Assembly (NCBI GenBank): GCA_024704765.1
Contig: JAKMXF010000044.1
Span: 868,001-932,000, forward strand
DNA: 64,000 nt
Reading direction: 5' to 3'
Source: Oopsacas minuta
Lineage: Eukaryota; Animalia; Porifera
Every line of letters starts with the position of its first letter. Position 1 is the stretch's first letter. This document shows positions 13,094 to 26,400 of the stretch, piece by piece. A program made the position numbers and the translations under genes. Below the pieces are notes generated by a model. It was not told the DNA's origin. It made no database searches and saw nothing but the letters and a program-made list of their open reading frames with translations.

Positions 13094-16000
13094 ATGGCTA
13101 CTAGTGATACAGATAACGTTAAAGAAGGAGGAGGGGTAGGAGGAGAATGGATCAAGTTAGATCAAGAGAGTATGGCACCACCTCCAAGGTTCGGTGCCAG
13201 TCTGACAATTTGCGGGAATGAGGTGTTACTTTTCGGTGGTGCTCAGGAGGACAGCTCTGGAGAGATGAAATACTTCAATGACCTGTACAGGTTAGCTCTT
13301 AGACTGACTTTAGAATCAGAGCTGAACTACAATTGGGAGTTAGTAACCTATACTGGAGATATACCGCCTCCTAGAGAGAGTCATTGTGCTTGTTTTATAA
13401 AAGGTAAGATCATTTATTAAATAACGAGCCGCTTTGCTTACTCGCGCTGCTCACAAAGTGTTCGCAAGCTCAAACTTTCATAGATCAGTTAAGCAGAGTA
13501 TAAAAATAACAAAATCTAGTAATTGTATGGAAAGAAACTTGAAAATGCAAGCGCAAAGTTCGAATTCGGCGTACTTCTTTACCCATGAATAGCCGTTTAG
13601 AGCAAGTCTCTACGATTAATTTGAATTTTTAATTATTTGTTTACTATATATTCATAAAAACAACAATAAAATTACATATGATTAATCCAAAGTGTGAAAA
13701 TCGGATTCAGCATATTCGATATGTTTAGTCAAGTTTATTGAATTATGTTTACATTCTTGATAAACACGATGATACATAGTTATGCGACATCTCAGAATTT
13801 AGAAATTCGAATTCAATAAATCCTTTCATTGACAACAGACAAACAGACAAACAAACAAAATTGCAATTTAATAATATAGATTTGTAATAAATACCGATGT
13901 AAATATTCTGTTGCTAGGAGAACTTTACATTTTCGGAGGAATTGGTACATCTGATTTTGGAGGTTCTTTCAGTGGAAAATTCATATATTCGTTCTCTCCT
14001 GTCTCGAAACAATGGTCTGTATTAGAAACTCAGGGATCAACTCCTGAATTCCAGAACATGTCAGCTGTTGTTGTTGTTGGAGATAAGATCCTAGCGTTTG
14101 GAGGAGTACATCAGGGAGTATCACAGTGTAAGGTATTCATACTGGATACAGAAACACTTAGCTGGTCCTCTCCTTCCTGTACTGGGTTTTTACCCACTGC
14201 AAGGTGATATATATGTACATAAGTAATAATAATATTTCACACTATGTTGAACCTAAAAATCGAGCAGCACTATAAATTACCTGATTAAATGAATAAACGT
14301 GTGTAATCTGCACACCTCTTTGGTGAGTATTTTTCAAGAGTTGTGCAAACCTACACTCCAAACGGATGTGCCGATTTGATAGGATCGCGTAGATGAACGG
14401 ACGAATGTCGCGTAACGTGATCCCAATAGCTAAAGGAGCAATATTAAATACGTATATATTGCAGTGCAAGTACCAATTTGGTACAAGTGTGAAGTTAGCA
14501 GCCCGTAATAAGCACAACTTAACACTTAATAACTCAGTCAATTTCCCATCAATTCACTTGAAATTTGATGAATACCTTAATCTCGGTTGGGGTTTTTCTC
14601 ATTTCAATAATTAGTGTCTATCACACTTCCAAGGCTCTCTAATTATTTACCAGATCCCTAATAATTATTAACGTGCTAATTATGTACCTGTAGTTAAGAT
14701 CTACGGGGAGGATGATGTTTTGTCTAAACTACCTACTTAATAATTGTTTCTAGAAGGGGTAAATCAGCGGTTCCCAACCTTTTTCACCCGTGGACCACCA
14801 ATAACAATTTTAACGCATTCTGTGGATCCCTTTCAATATACTTAGATCCTGTGGACCCCCTGCTGTCGTCCGTGGACTACCAAGGGGTCCATTATCCTAG
14901 TTGCCTGTAGGCAGTGTAGAGTTTAGACAGCCAAATATTTTCAAATAAAAAATTCAATGATTCTTTTCTACAATCATTCCAGATAATCTATACGTACACT
15001 AGTGGGACAGATACATCATTATCCCCCGCATATCCTAACTACAGGTACACACTTAGCACGTTAATAATTATTAGGGACCTGGCGAATAATTAGAGAGTTT
15101 TTTGGGGTCTCAAATTTGGCATAACACAGCATTGGAGGAAGGTAGTGGATAATAGACCAATAATTTAATGAATGGTAAGAAATGGATTGTAAGAATTGTA
15201 TGAAAATACAATCTAACTTTCAATGTGATAAGCAGATAAACTGTATATTTGATACTAATAATATGATCCAACCATATGTGTTAAGTTACAATGAATTCGC
15301 GAATGCTAATTCGTACTTGCACTGTAACATATATACGTATATTTTCCTGATCTCAACATCATTGTGGTTGTATCTCGTAGCCTATGATGTATCTACTATA
15401 GTCAGATACGCTGTATAACGTATCTATTAATCCATCCAATATATCCAATAGATGTGACCACTCGTGTGCTGTAATAGGACAGAAGATGTATGTGTTCGGA
15501 GGTAGTGCTAGTAGCAGTCTTCTATTGAATGACCTCTGTGTCATGGATACAGATAACTTAGAATGGAATCTCGTTCCAGTAGCAGGAGCTCTCCCAGATC
15601 CTCGGGAATACTGCTCACTCACAGTTATGGGAGATCATTACTTGATACTTTTTGGTGGTAATACCTTCAATCGTAGTGGTCAGGGACAAGCCAGCTGTTC
15701 TGACACTTACGTCATAGATCTTTCTAAACAAACTCCTATATGGACTCTCCTGGCATCCGGAGGAGACCATGCTCCTACTCCTAGATACAGTCACTCTGCT
15801 GTGGCAGTGCTAAACTTCCTCCTGGTGTTTGGAGGTATGGGACAGACAACTGATTTTAATGATCTATGGGCATTCAGGTAGCAAATTACTGTAATGTATA
15901 TATTAACGGTAACTATTTGATAGCTAATTCATAATTGACATGTTCATATAGGTTTGATGTCCCTTATGAACAACTGATAGGGTACTTACCCACCTTACCT

Positions 16001-16483
16001 CCTCCTGCTCACTACTCCTCCCTCCCCTCAATACTACCATCACTCACACAACACAGTCCTGCTATTCGTATTGAGAGGGCATCTGCTCCCAAAGAGGTGG
16101 AAGAATTACAGCAGTCTTTGTTAATCAGAGTTAATGAAATGTTTGATACTTTGAAGGAACAAATAGCCGCTACTGAACAGGCGCGAGTTCGTGTTCGCGC
16201 GGAAAAAGAACTTATTAAAGGAGACAGGAAACAGCTGATGAGTGAAGTCACTGAGAAGAAGAAGGAAGTTGAAAATATGATTCAGTCTCACAAGAAGAGT
16301 AATGAAGAGTGGATTAGACTACGTTGTCATGAAAATGATATAACTCGTAAAGAACTGAATAAACAGAGAAAAACACTGGAAGGGAAGAGGGGAGAACTAG
16401 AGAAGAGGGAGAGAGAGTTCGAGGAGAAGAGTAAACAGCTAACTGCACTCATGGATCAATTTAATAAGATGAAATCATCATGA
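13094..16483 (+). CDS. Kelch-repeat (beta-propeller) protein with C-terminal coiled coil, about 4 exons
   Basis: Repeated PPPRFGASL/PRESHCA/PTPRYSHSA and LLFGG/YVFGG motifs. The splice TAR|CDH joins about 14205 to 15450. Coiled-coil last exon. Confidence 0.8.
13425..13880 (-). mobile_element. Probable non-autonomous Helitron in a kelch-gene intron
   Basis: Minus strand reads A|TCTATATTATTAAA, then a (GTTT/GTCT)n microsatellite, and ends with a GC hairpin GAGCAGC...GCGGCTC plus CTCG|T; no TSD. Confidence 0.6.
14765..14890. mobile_element. hAT-like MITE, partial
   Basis: CAGCGGTTCCCAACCTTTTTCAC start and CTGCTGTCGTCCGTG core, the reverse complement of part of 10836-10943. Confidence 0.65.
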
Positions 16484-16601
16484 CGTCATCATACACTATT
16501 ATTTTATTTTTACGTTTCTAAGGCGATATAATTCACACTTGTACATAATTCTCATTATACATACATCTATATACTATTTTGTATGTTTATTGTTAGAGAG
16601 T

Positions 16602-18025
16602 ATGGCATATGTCCGCAGGTCTGTCAGTGATTGTATGTCACTAAGTGACAGTTCATCTGATCTGAGCTCTTCAGAAACGGACTTGCCTGTATCACCCGCA
16701 ATACTCTCCCTGTATAGACGTGAGTTGACAGACAAGCGGACAGAGATCTCTGAGCTAAGGGAACAGCTGAATAAAGCTAGGTTAGACAACCTACGTTTAG
16801 AGAGAGCTCTTACAATGAGACAGCTGAATAGCTACGAGTTGGAATCTGACCTGAAAGAGACACGAGATAAACTAAGTGAAGAGAAGTTGCTAGAACTTTC
16901 CTATTATCATAAACCATTGTATGGGAGACGTAATTATTACAATTGGGAGCCTCCTTACTACAAGAATGATGAGCAGTCTTATATAGATAAGAATTGTTCT
17001 AGAGGTTTGTTTATTCTTTTTGAGTTCGAAATGTATCACTATCACAATCATAATTATGACAATTTGTCCCATATTTAGCCCAATTTATGTTACAGTAGAA
17101 CTCGGCTTAAGACGAACTCTCGGTAGTACTTACAGTACTCTCTCCCAAACGTATTATCTATTATTGTACATTTGTACTAGTATTTGTATAGGAAGAATAA
17201 TCGGATAAGACGAACTTCGGTTAATATATACTAATTTCATTTCCTGAGGCGGTACGCCTTATCCGAGTTCTACTGTACTTAATGAACCCCAAGTACAACT
17301 GTTCTTAAAAGCTACAAGTAACAAACAAATACATACTATCAAGACACATTTGTGAGAGAGTTACATCCCCTCGGGCTATAGAAACTCTCTCAAATATTAC
17401 AACGACTATACTTAATTTAGATTATCCCATCACTCCTCAACAACCTCAGATATCCAAAGAACCTGACTTAGTGAAACCTCTCACCTATCATAAAAGGGTT
17501 ATTTCTCCCGGCAAGTGGATCACTCATAGTCCTTTTGTAAATGATTATTACGGACTATTCCAGCCTAAGAAAACTAAAGGAAAGCAAGTGACCCAGCCTA
17601 CTAAAAGGAATCTTGTGGGGAGACAGTCAAGAGACAAGTATGTGTTGAACCATCAACTATCTACACCTGATGGCTCACAAGTAGTTACCACCCTATATAA
17701 AGGGAATATCAACCCAACTCGTAGTGGGGGAGCACAGGTCCGTTTCACAGATACAGAAGTGCTCCATCAGCAACAAGGACACCATCACTTACCTTTAGAA
17801 TCATACAAACCTAGACATAAGCCAGCACAAGAAGTGAGATTTGCAACTTTGAATGATATAGAAAATATGCCTGCTAAACCATCTATACTAAAACATGGCA
17901 TTTTAAAGAAGAACAAATCTAGCAAACAGAAACTTAAGAGCGCCGAACCTAAGGTAAGGTTTGCTACGATAGCAGATGCAGAAAATGATCCTTCATATTC
18001 TGAATTTTACCGTCAATTGGTATAA
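16602..18025 (+). CDS. Orphan coiled-coil protein, 2 exons (16602-17004, 17421-18025), 335 aa, with SILK/GILK and VRF motifs
   Basis: GT at 17005 and AG at 17419-20 join the two ORFs in frame (SR-D-YPIT; 1008 nt in total). No family recognised. Confidence 0.65.
17093..17275. mobile_element. TA-flanked MITE, 183 bp
   Basis: TA|CAGTAGAACTCGGCTTAAG ... CTTATCCGAGTTCTACTG|TA; relatives near 49385, 59213 and 63837. Confidence 0.85.
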
Positions 18026-18358
18026 AATTCTGCGGAAGATATAGTTTCAATCTACTGTTCTAATAAGCCACTCGAGTGATATGTATGTCTAAGTATGTAT
18101 ATTTATCAGCTCAAGCAGAAGTACAGAATATATGTATATTTTTGTTCGATTCTGAAAGTATTTTAGTTCAGCTATTGATATTGATATTGCTTGTAATTAT
18201 ATCGTAATTCACGGTTTATATATTTTGTTTGTTGTTATTATGCGAATTAAATTATGAATACATATCTTGAAAATATTCTTGTCCTGTATTATTAAATATC
18301 AGCTGAAAATTATAAAATTGGCCTAATATCTGTATAGGTGTCTAACATTTAAGTTATC

Positions 18359-19072
18359 ATGAAGACTGTAAGAACATTTTCCACATTATTACGTCTACTA
18401 CACAACACATCATGTATCCCCTCGTGTGACACATCAAAAGTCCATATGCATACCAGATTCATACATAATACTGTTGTCCTGTCAGCCCCTATTCAGAAGA
18501 AACCAGCTAATTCCTATGCAAGATTCGTAAAAGATATGTACCATGAGTTTTCACAATCCGAAGATAAACCTATTGTTCCCAAGATAATGCAAATGATTGC
18601 TAAACAGTGGAAGACAATGACAGAAGAAGAGAAAGAGAAATACACACTAGCATACGAGGAGGATAAGAAAGAATGGCTAAAGAATTATGAGAATACTACA
18701 GATGAAGAGAAAGTAGCTTACAAAGAGAAGATCAAAATAAAGAGAGAAAAGAAAATACAAGCTAAAGTTACAAAGAAAAAGAAATCTGAGGTAGATCCCA
18801 GAGAAAACTATCGGAAATTAAATTCAATAGCTATATTCAACTACGAACGCTATTACACGATACGTAGAGAGTTCCCAGCTCTAAAACAACAGGATTTATT
18901 CAAGTTGATGATACACGAATGGAAAAACCTTCCTCAAGATCAAAAGAAACGCTATCAAGATATGGCTGCTGCAATGCGATCTAAATCCAAAGAGACAATG
19001 TTGCTATACACCTTTATGGAACTATACGATGAATGTTATATTGCTCGTCCTGGAGAGAGTCTCTACTATTAA
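18359..19072 (+). CDS. TFAM: Two-HMG-box protein with mitochondrial-type presequence (TFAM-like)
   Basis: Basic, acid-free N-terminus MKTVRTFSTLLRLLH. Box 1 is KKPANSYARFVKD...IAKQWKTMTEEEKEKY and box 2 ends EWKNLPQDQKKRYQDMA. Confidence 0.65.
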   Translation: MKTVRTFSTLLRLLHNTSCIPSCDTSKVHMHTRFIHNTVVLSAPIQKKPANSYARFVKDMYHEFSQSEDKPIVPKIMQMIAKQWKTMTEEEKEKYTLAYEEDKKEWLKNYENTTDEEKVAYKEKIKIKREKKIQAKVTKKKKSEVDPRENYRKLNSIAIFNYERYYTIRREFPALKQQDLFKLMIHEWKNLPQDQKKRYQDMAAAMRSKSKETMLLYTFMELYDECYIARPGESLYY

Positions 19073-19670
19073 TTAATAAAATGATTTCTATTCTTTGGAG
19101 ATTCGATTATATTTTGCCTTATAAAAGTAAAGCTTGTCGTGCTTTTTCAACAATTATTTGAATCTTTATGTAATTTCATACTTATTTAATATCGAATAAT
19201 TACAAATCTAAAGCCCATTATACACAATGCGACAAAGGCATTGTGTGTGGTGGGCTTAATGCTGTTTTCAAGGCCAGTAAAATTCCAAAATTTATACATA
19301 TTTACAATGATAATCAATTTACTTGTGAGTTTGGAAAGTTCTTATTATTGGAGCTAAATCATTTAATAATTAATGGTAATCGTAAGAAGGACGTCCATTG
19401 AGAACTTGCCAAGTAGTCTCCATGAATCCAATATATCTCCATGAATACAAAAATCACAAGTAAGATCACTTGGGTTAATGATACGAGTGGGGGGCGTCCC
19501 AGGATTTTGCATACCCGGGGCCGGGTTGGAGCCAGGGTTTCAAATTCAGGGCAAATGCCCCGTTTGCCCCCTGGATACGAGCGTTAGGTATCATAAAATT
19601 GAAACTAGGCCATGGGTGGAATTTCGCAACATCTAGAGGTTTTTCAGTTATCTAAAGCACTTAAGTTATC

Positions 19671-20340
19671 ATGAAGACAGTTAGAACATTCACATCAATA
19701 GTCCGTGTGCATACCAGATACATACATAATACTATTATCCTCTCAGCCCCAATTCAGAAGAGACCAGCTAATTCCTATGCAAGATTCATAAAAGATATGT
19801 ATCATGAGTTTTCACAATCGGAAGACAAACCTATTGTTCCCAAGATAATGCAAATGCAAATGATTGCTAAAAGTGGAAGACAATGACAGAAGAAGAGAAA
19901 GAGAAATATACACTAGCATACGAGGAGGATAAGAAAGAATGGTTGAAGAATTATGAGAATACTACAGATGAAGAAAAAGTAGCTTACAAAGAAAAGAAAA
20001 TTTTACAAAAGGAAAAATTTAAGTATTCTTCCATGTATAAGCAAAAAATGATTGAGGCAGAAGCTAGAAAATAATTTCTTAATATTGACTCTAGATCTAT
20101 TTATATTTTCGAGCGCTATCATTACATACGCAAAGAGTTCTCTAAACTTGATCAAAAGGAAATAATGAAGTTAATGATGTATGAATTGAGCAAACTTGAT
20201 GAGCTTCAAAAGAGACGCCTTGAAAATATTGCCTCTGCAATAAGAGTTAAAGCCAAGAGAACAAATTACCGTTAATATTCAATGATCTATACGATGAATG
20301 TTATCTTCCTCGATTAGGGGAGAGTATTATGATAAGATAA
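19671..20340 (+). pseudogene. Tandem TFAM-like paralogue, disrupted
   Basis: Clear copy of 18359-19072 with a CAAATG duplication and 1-nt deletion near 19870, an in-frame TAA at 20072-74, and another frameshift near 20265. Confidence 0.8.
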
Positions 20341-20673
20341 TAAATGTATATTTATACATACAAAATATTGTTCACATCATTGATTGAATATTATGTCCTT
20401 TGTATGTGTCATATTATAGTTTACATTCATTGTTTTATAATTAAGAGCTAAAACGAATATACGTTTGGTATATATCAAACGGACATTCTTTGATAAATCA
20501 AAGTTTAATGCATATACTTTCACCCAAAGATTGCTGAACACAGCCATATTAGTTAAATTTATAATATTCAGTTATGCGAGCTAAACGGAAATTACAATTA
20601 TATCACAAAATGGGTATACTTAATAGTTATGGACGATACTTTAAGCACACCAATATGTAAGTTATAACTATAA

Positions 20674-22331
20674 CTATTGCAATGAAAGCAATGGATCTCT
20701 AATAGTACTTTTCCTGTTAGGAATATCGATATATTTCCCAACATTGCTTTCAATAAGTCTCCTGATAAAGTCTTCCTTGGATACTGTTTCATCAGGATTA
20801 GGGAATAATTCAGAAATTAATTTATTCGAAATATTGGGTTTCATCTTTCTCAAATAGAACATAGCCATTCTCCCAGATATAACCCCCGATTTAGTACTAA
20901 ATAGTGTTCTTGTCATAATGTCACTATATTTCATTTCGCTCACTCTTTGTATCGGCCAAACCTGGTCTAACAGTTCTTCTTTATGACTGATCTTTTTCTT
21001 CGGACTACCTTTAGAAATCTGCTTAAATTTTCTTAATTCTCTTTCTAGTCGATTCATCTCTCGAATAACAGAACCATCTATAAAATCTCTCCCCTCGCAA
21101 TAATACTTAACCTCCAGACATTGTTCTATTACCCTGTTGATTATAGTTTTATAATTTTGTCTAGGGTTATCCTCAACCCAAATATACCTGCTATTGCTCT
21201 TACTCACAATCCTTGATAGAGCTACGTTTCTTCGAAGATTCTCACGTACATTTAATAATGCTATGGATTGATCTACAGTAGTTCCTATCTTAAAGATGAA
21301 GAAAGAATGTTTTCAAAAGTCTTTTGTGAAGTTTTGGTCTAACTGGTAGCTTTTAGGAAGTTGACTTAATAAGCTTTCCAATTCAATGGTAAATGTATCA
21401 ACTAAGCTGACAAGTATTACTATAACAGATATTCCTTGACTTATTAATCTGAGCATTTTTGAAGCTTCCACACCTCTCTTTCCAAATCAAGGGGAGTGTT
21501 TGGTTCAAATACATCAAGGTCATCTGTGAAATTAATCTCCAGACGATACTTTTCATGATCAAAACTACAATTCCCTGTTATTCCCAGTAAATCCTGCATC
21601 TCTTCATGAGGGAAGTTGTTGTTCCCATGGAGTATTATACGTAGAGTTGGCTTTGATAAGTGAAATAACAATTTTAGAATTCTATTTCTATTGTCATCAT
21701 GTTTGTCAAGTCCATTTACAAAGATGTATCTGTTTTCAACAAGATTTAATATTATTTGTAGTCCAATCCATTTAGTGTCCTTCAATTTCTCGTTCAATTT
21801 CTCTTCATAGTCTACATCTCCCAACTGATCAACATGAGTAAATACTATCACTGCATTCCCAAACAAACTGTAAGATGACAATGCAAGAAGATCAGCAAGT
21901 TGTAGAATATCATTAAATGTACTCTGAGAAATATATGGAGAATTTAGGTTAAATACAAGAATGAATGTAACTGACATCTCAATATGTGAAGTTTTTATAC
22001 ATTTAATCAAATTTTTAGCGTGATCTTGAATTTCGAAATTTGGATCACTTAGTCCTGGTTGGTCTATAATTTGGAAATTCAATCGTTGGTCTTCATCTAT
22101 TCCTCCATCTATAACTCTTCGGTTTACTTGTGTAAGCATTCCCATTTGTTCTTGGGTTAAGCCGAATGCATCTCTCCCTGTGTGTGTTCTAAACGGACCA
22201 TCATCTCCACCTCCAAACAAGAGGTTTCCAAATGTACTTTTACCGTCGCTTACCTGTCCAATCAGAATGAAACTCCGTTCTCCATTTTCATGTACTCGTC
22301 CACCCAATATAGATTTAATTGATTTAAACAT
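20674..22331 (-). pseudogene. AIG1/GIMAP-like GTPase gene, apparently frameshifted, with a second AIG1-like segment
   Basis: P-loop GQVSDGKST, G3 IIDQPG, G4-like VFTHVD. After a frameshift near 21460 the frame LRLISQGISVIVILVSLVDTFT...DF*KHSFFIF continues into ORF 21207. Confidence 0.7.
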
Positions 22332-23454
22332 TAATTAATGTTTAATACATTTATTAGTGTTGAAATTGGTGTCAAAACTAAATTTATTTATTCAAATGAT
22401 ATTCAGCCATGAGGCAATGTTCAGTACAAATTTGTTGTAGGCCCTATTGGCTCATATTTCAAAATACACTTTTAATGGAAGCCACATACTTAGATATTGC
22501 TAAGCTTTTGATATTTATATGATTAATACCTGAATAGTGTAATTCAACTCCATTGCTGTTTATACAGTAGTGGCGCTAGCCCGCCTCCCCTGATGGGGCT
22601 GACTTAGCTTACTTTCTGTTACATAGTAATGCTCCTAACGAAGTTTGTCAAATTTATCCTTTTATGCGATCTAAGTAATGGGACTATGGGACTATAATTA
22701 TTCAGGGACAATGTTCAACATCCGAGCGGGCTTCACTTGCTTGCGCTATGCGGCTTGCGAACATTGCGTGTCCAGGTATCTCGGCACTTAGTCCCTCGAA
22801 TTGAGTAAAATATATAACATTAAAATCGAAAAAAGTTACATAGCATTAAACTTGAAATGCGATATTTGGTATCAGCCTACTGCGTTACCTCTGCTCTGCT
22901 CTGTTGTTTAGAGCAAGTCGTTATCTATATCATGAGATATAATTTGTTTACTTTATCTTCTTAATTATTAAAATTAATTCACCAAATTACCATGATTATT
23001 GATTTACAATACGTGACTCAATACTTTGCGACATTCTAATATCCCATGAATGTTAAATCGAAATAATTATCGGGGGAGGGTCCCTTGAAATAAGCACTCG
23101 ATATATGGGAGTTGACTGTATAATAGTGTTCTGTTAATTCGTTTTATTAGAACAACCAACATTATTCACAAACATAATTTGGATACAAAGTATGACCCTA
23201 ACACACATACATATTGTGGATAATTTTCATAATTTACAAGAATAACTCGCATTTTGAAAATATCGTAACATATGGGTGCAAATGATGGTATGCTGCAGTA
23301 TTTGGCTGGTCACTTGGGGTGTATGCTATTGCCATCCTAAGGATCTATTTCTAGCCTCTACAACGTGATCTCAATATTCACTATTCAAACTTCCAACTAG
23401 ATTCGATTCGATAACTTTGTTCTAAACTGCAACAAACATAATTCAACACACAAC

Positions 23455-26400
23455 ATGATATCGAGTATAATGGAGCGTTACAATACCTGGGAGATACCAG
23501 AAGATGGGAGTGAAGATACTACACGAGAGAAAGCTTGTCTTGGTTCAGCACTGGATTACTGTGAAGAAGCAGGTGAATTAATTAGACTATCAGAGAATAT
23601 ACCAGATCTTATTCAGGATGAGCTTACAGCAGAATCATTCTTTGAGAGGCTAATATATGTCCTCAATCGCTACCAGGAACAGCCTGGACTTCTTGACTCT
23701 CATATGGAGAAGCTATTGACCCCCTGTCTCATCCGTCTCAGGAACACCCCTAACCTAGTCCCCCCTGCCCCCTACATTCTATACTCCTGTAAATTCGTTT
23801 TCCTACTAGCTAAGGTCCGTGGTACTAAGAGTATATTACGTTGGTTCCCTCATGATGTTTCAGATCTAGAACCTATACTTTTAGCCTTAGAACAACAGGA
23901 TCCTAACGAGTTCAGTACCTGGGAGGTACGTTTCACCCTCCTCCTTTGGCTTGCCATGGTATGTATAGTCCCATTCGATATATCACGTTTTGACACCTCC
24001 CTACAGCGTGTTTCCACAATGGATAGGATTTTACAGATAGCTAAAGTATACATTGATGCTCAGGATAAAACACGAGAGGTTACAGTACTTGTTATAGGTC
24101 GATTCTTATCACGACCTGACGTGGCTAAAGCTAGACTAGACGATTATCTGGAGTGGAGCTTCGTAACACTAGATAAAGCTATAAATAGCTCTATAGGAGG
24201 ACTTAGTACAATTAGCGGTATTTTACTAGCTCTATCTACCCTGTACAAGTTCAGTAAGAGAGAGGAAATAGTAACATACTCTGTAACTGTACTGGAGAGA
24301 ATTAAGTCACTAAATCTATTCTCTAACAAACATACGATTATTCGTAAGCTAAATTCTAAAGTGCTACAGAGATGTGGTCTCTCATTCCTAAGAGCCAGGC
24401 CTGCTGCTTGGAGATACCAGCGTGGTAGCAGATCTCTCATTCAAGCTCTTGATCCTGACAAATATCGCGCTCAGCAAGAAGCTAACAAGAGTACAGCTGA
24501 TGCTCTGAGCACTGAACTAGGACCTAGCGGTAGTGAGGATGAGGATTATGTCCCAGAAGCAGTAGAGGAAGTATTAGAACTATTGCTAGTCGGTCTATCT
24601 GACAGAGACACTATAGTCAGATGGTCAGCTGCTAAGGGACTAGGGAGGATATCTAGTCGTCTCTCTCAGTCGAATGCTGATGACGTAGTACACACTATAC
24701 TGGAGTTCTTCTCTATACGACAGAGTGACTCAGGTTGGCATGGAGGTTGTCTAGCGTTAGCAGAGCTAGCTAGAAGAGGAGTACTACTCCCTGAACGTCT
24801 TAAAGAAGTAGTTCCTCTTGTCCTACAGGGACTAGTGTATGATGAGAAGAGAGGAGCCTCTAGTGTAGGTGCTCATGTTAGAGACGCTGCTTGTTTCGTG
24901 TGTTGGGCATTTGCACGGGCTTATGATCCTAAACTGCTACAGCATTATGTTAATGAGTTAGCACAGTCGTTAGTTAACGTATCACTATTTGACAGAGAGG
25001 TGAACTGTCGTAAAGCTGCTTCAGCAGCCTTCCAGGAAAGCGTAGGACGTCTGGGTACATTTCCACAGGGATTAGAGCTTGTAACTATAATGGACTATCA
25101 TGCTGTGTGTAACAAAAATTATACCTACAAAGACCTGAGTATTAAAATAGCTCAGATAGATGATTACAGACATACCATTATAGATGAACTATATCTAAGG
25201 AAACTGTTACATTGTGATCTGGTCATTCGAGAATTGTCAGCACATGCTCTGGGCAAACTGGTCCCTTTAGATCCTAACTATTTCTCTGATAAAGTTCTCC
25301 TTAGACTAATCCCACAGACACTAGCTATTGACCTCCAAGAGAGACATGGTGTATTGCTAGGAATAGGTTTTATAGTACACGCTCTATCCCAATTGGATAA
25401 TGAACGTTCCATTGAGATTATCCTTGGCAATAAATGTGTACTACAGCTGCAAGGAATAGCGAGTAATCTAGAAAGTGCTAAGTTGTATCGTGGAATGGGA
25501 GGTAAAATACTCCGCCCAGCAGCAATGAAATTCATAGAAAAATTGGCACTCTCCAACCTCCCTACTACCAGTGAGGTGTTGGACGTTTGGAGAGCCTCTC
25601 TGGATGAGAATCTACAAGAACCAGACCGTGCTACTCAGGAACGTGCCTTAGAAGCCTTCAGAGAGGTATGCTCACACTGCTATCAGAATCTACCAGCTAA
25701 TGAGCTAGCTAACGTACTCAGTAATTTGTTGAAGAATGCATTTGAACAACTCAAATCAACTGTACACTTCGCACGGATGGGATTCTCTCTGGCACTTGGA
25801 GTCCTCCCCTACTCCTTCTACCAGGCTGACGGTAACATAGATAAGATTATCCATGCTCTGATATCATGTACTATTCATGACGACATGAATCAAGCTATAT
25901 TTACTGAAGCTAGAAGAGATGCTATAGTCTCAATTGGTAATATTTGTAATATAGTAGGAATAGATAGAGAAGATAATTCAGTCAGTGCTGTTACTCCTAA
26001 GCTACTAGCTGACATATACTCATGTCTCTTTGAAGCACTCAAAAACTACTCAATAGACAACAGAGGAGATATAGGGGCTGCAGTGAGAGAGGCTAGCATG
26101 CACGTATTGGTAGCTCTATCTCAACAAGTTATCAAACAACAAATAAATCTCTTCCAAGAGGATTGGTGTATTGATATGTTATGTGGTCTTATTAAACAAG
26201 CTAATGAGAGGATAGATCGTGTCAGACTTACAGCTAGTTCTTCTATTATAACTCTTATACATAAATCTGCAATAGATATTCCTTACATACCTCATATCAA
26301 TGAGCTGAGGAAAATATTCCCACAAGATCCCACACAACTTATAAACCCCAGTGAATCATTCAGTATTACTGTTAAAGCTATCAAGCTTGATACTTATCGT

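Noticed and set aside
21313-21315. In-frame TGA as possible selenocysteine or readthrough
   Set aside because: It falls at a likely Trp position, co-occurs with a frameshift, and no SECIS was identified; a nonsense mutation is simpler.
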